The notes under the pieces are model-generated. The model saw nothing but the letters and a program-made list of their open reading frames with translations, had not been told where the DNA came from and did no database searches. Source: Takakia lepidozioides (taxonomy: Eukaryota; Plantae; Bryophyta). From it: a DNA stretch of 64,000 bases. Both the position numbers and the translations under genes were made by a program. This document shows positions 61,301 through 64,000 of the stretch, piece by piece. Every line of letters starts with the position of its first letter. Within the stretch, counting starts at the first letter, position 1. The DNA is taken from NCBI GenBank assembly GCA_030704615.1, contig CM060733.1, positions 1,488,001 to 1,552,000 of the forward strand, written 5' to 3'.

Positions 61301-63675
61301 AGCAAGAACGAGCTTTTCAAGAGCTCAAGGCGAGGTTGACCTCGGCGCCCATCTTGAGACGACCTATCAGGGGACGTCCTTTTCAGCTGCATACATATTG
61401 GAGCATGTTGGGGCTTGGAGCGGTGCTCACACAGGTGGATGATGAGGGAAAGTAGTTCATAGTGGCTTATGCTAGCCACTCGAACAACACTGCAGCGACT
61501 AAGTATAGTTCATATGAGAGAGAGTGCTTAGTTGCAGTGTGGGCCATGGCACACTTCAGGTGCTATCTATACGGTAATCTCTTCACCCTTGTCACGGATC
61601 ACCAGCCACTCAAGTGGTTGATGAAGTCAGACAAGCTTACGGGGAAGCTTACACGGTTGGCACTCATACTTCAAGAGTATGACTTTCACATTGTACATCG
61701 ACCGGGTTTGGTCAATCGGGATGCAGATGGGTTGAGTCGCAATCCATGCATGAGCCAGCAAGATGACACTGGAGCTCGGTGGCATGGTGAGACAGACGAG
61801 GAGATGGTGCCCGGATGGCACGCATCTGCATTTCTGTATATCTTGGCAGCGGAAGGGCAGATTGGGCCTACAACAGGGATGACTGTAGACCGAGTGTCTG
61901 AGGACCCTGAGGCCATCGATGAGCCAGGTGGCGCTAGAGATATACATGAGGATTCAGATGTATTGGACTATCTCCGCACTGGAGACACAATAGCCATTAT
62001 AATTGCCAAAGAGAGGGATCGGATCCTACAACGAGCCAAGAGGTTCAAGTGGGAGGGGACACACCTACTCCGAGTGTAGGAGGATGGTCGAGTGAGGATT
62101 GTGCCTCACCCAACACAGCGAGCACGGTTAGTGCGGCATGCCCATAAGGAGGTGGAGCATTTGGGGGTGCGACGCACTCATAGTCTACTGCAGGAGCAAT
62201 ATTGGTGACGTGATATGCACACAGAGGTGCAACAATTTGTGGCTAGGTGCATGGTGTGTGACAGGGTGCGTGCTTCATTTAACGCCCCTACACCACAATT
62301 GCACCCTCTTCCGATCATGGGATTGGGCTACAGGTGGAGTCTTAACTTCGCAAGGCCATTGCCACTTACGATGCGCCACAACAAGTACGTGTTGGTGATG
62401 GTGGAGCACCTCTCCAAGTGGATCGAGTTGGTTCCATTGCCTAATAAGGCTAGTGAGGGAGCTGCGTATGCATTCTTGGATCGTGTACTTAGCCGAATCG
62501 GTGCTCCAGCTGAGGTACTCACGGATCAAGGGAGAGAGTTCTTGGGGGAGTTTCAGGCGTTGTGTGACAAGGCCTTGATAGACCACCGCACCACTTCTCG
62601 GGATCATCCTGAGGCTGATGGCTTGGCACAGAGGGTTGTGCAAACGGTTAAGAGGGGTTTGCGCAAGTATGGCTTGCAGAAGGGACACCTTGGAGATTGG
62701 GACCTTCAGCTATCCTGGTTAGTCATGGGCTACATGTTCAGCAAGCAAACATCACTTGCCTCGTTCTCGCCTTATTTCCTTCTCTTTGGCCGAGAGCCAG
62801 ATTTGCCTACATCTATTCGCAGAGAGGCTACAGTAGTCCTCAATCTTGACGATCCGGATGTGTGGGCATGTGCATGTGGTCAGCGCGTGGAGTTGTTCAA
62901 GAAAGTCATGCCCATGGCTTTCGAGAACCTTGCCATTGCACAACATCGTGATACGTTGAGGTATGCTACCACTATCGTCCTAGGGTTCGTAGATTTCACC
63001 CTGGTGACTATGTTTATCTGCAGCAGACTGCTCCAACGACCCTGGATATGACTGCAAGACGTGTTATTTTGAGGGTTCAAGAGGTATTGCCCTCAGGCGT
63101 CCTGATCTTGGAGGGTCGGGATGGCATGACTTGGAAGGACCATGCGCATAATTATGCGCCATGTCACCTTCCGAATGTCGATGGCAATATTGACCCAAAC
63201 CTGGCAGTGGTACCTGCAAGTTTGAGGTGCATATTGTGTGGGTCTGCTAGAGGGGCAACCACAATGCTGGTGTGTGATCGATGCTCTAGAGGTTGACATA
63301 TGGGATGTTTGACTCCACCTCTTGAGATGGTTCCTGATGGGGATTGGTTATGTCCGCATTGCATTGTATAGTGGGAGTGGATACAACCATGGAAGGCTAA
63401 CAAAAAATGCAAGGCCAAGCTACTAGGAGACCAACACGCGAGATCCTGGCTCAAGTTCACAGATTGTGAGACGACGACTAATGATGAGGCTACTTTTGTA
63501 CCCGGTCTCTTGGTCTATAGAGTTTGAGTACAATAGGGACAGTAATAGAGAACTTAGTATGGCTGTGGCTATTACATCTTGTAACTATCTGGAGTTAGAG
63601 GGACCTAACCACCAGTTAGGGGGGCGATTGTGGTAGACTACTTTATTGTGCATATATATGTGGTGTGATTTGGAC
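58400..63675 (+). mobile_element. Degenerate Ty3/Gypsy LTR retrotransposon with a PHD finger after the integrase
   Basis: Gag 58460-59499; RT end and RNase H 61090-61745 (LGHMI, VRAFMGLANYY, TDHQPLKWL, NRDADGLSR); integrase ~62050-63000 (HHCC, TDQGREF, HPEADGLAQR); PHD 63228-63362; PPT AGGGGGGCGA ~63618; LTR start TGTGG at 63629 with matching CCACA at 58397-58401. Confidence 0.92.
59528..60739 (-). CDS. Uninterrupted ~400-codon antisense ORF of unknown function containing one PLS-class PPR fragment
   Basis: ORF track 59528-60748, first ATG at 60739. [34 protein letters not shown] at ~59742-59880 is a canonical PPR motif. The rest is unrecognised and expression is unknown. Confidence 0.4.
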   Translation of the reverse strand: [403 protein letters not shown]

Positions 63676-64000
63676 CTTGTAAGAGTTCTAACGGAAACCT
63701 ACTGAGAACTTGAGGGAGGCTTTTACTCGAGGCGCTTGATAAATATAACCCAAGGGGTTACGGAAGCTCAGGCAATCCAATTCTGGTATGGGATATTGGA
63801 CAAGGAGCTGAGGAGAAGGGTGCGGGACGCAACTCTCCTACAAGCGGCCCAACCCACCTTAGCAAATGTGTTTTTGCTGGCAGAGCGGATAGAGCTCAAC
63901 ATGGTGGAGGAACGAGTGGTCATAGTCGGATTTGCTAAGGAGACATCACGGGGTAGTGGTGCTCCTAGCCAGCCACTGCCCCAACGTGCTCAAGGCAACA
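63676..64000 (+). mobile_element. Second copy of the Gypsy gag region, running off the window
   Basis: Highly similar to 59160-59488 (AQAxQFWYGILDKELRRRVRDATLLQ). Confidence 0.93.

Overview
Intron-rich, gene-dense nuclear DNA from a land plant, probably a seed-free lineage (fern or lycophyte-like). This is inferred from a RhoGAP-type class III formin and a PHD-finger Gypsy integrase. Six host genes are supported: class III formin (-, 599-11480, with a frameshift in FH1), STN7 kinase (+), CENP-C (-, with an 8x90-bp coding repeat), branched-chain aminotransferase (+), organellar RAD52-2-like (+) and an NPF/PTR transporter (-). The rest is nested transposon debris: RTE-X-like LINEs, an L1 split by a hAT-like MITE, a Helitron-type RPA pseudogene, a MULE/SWIM-type pseudo-transposase, and a Gypsy element whose protease and most of its RT are replaced by an intact antisense ORF carrying a PPR motif. 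The most unusual signal is a non-LTR retroelement system seen in about ten pieces. Its ORF2 ends about 5 nt before a (CT)n tail, and its last codons double as two hairpins with compensatory changes. Copies stack head-to-tail at (CT)n tracts with reiterated tails, and SINE-like partners reuse the same 3' structure. Exon boundaries were read by eye, no database search was run, and family assignments rest on remembered motifs.
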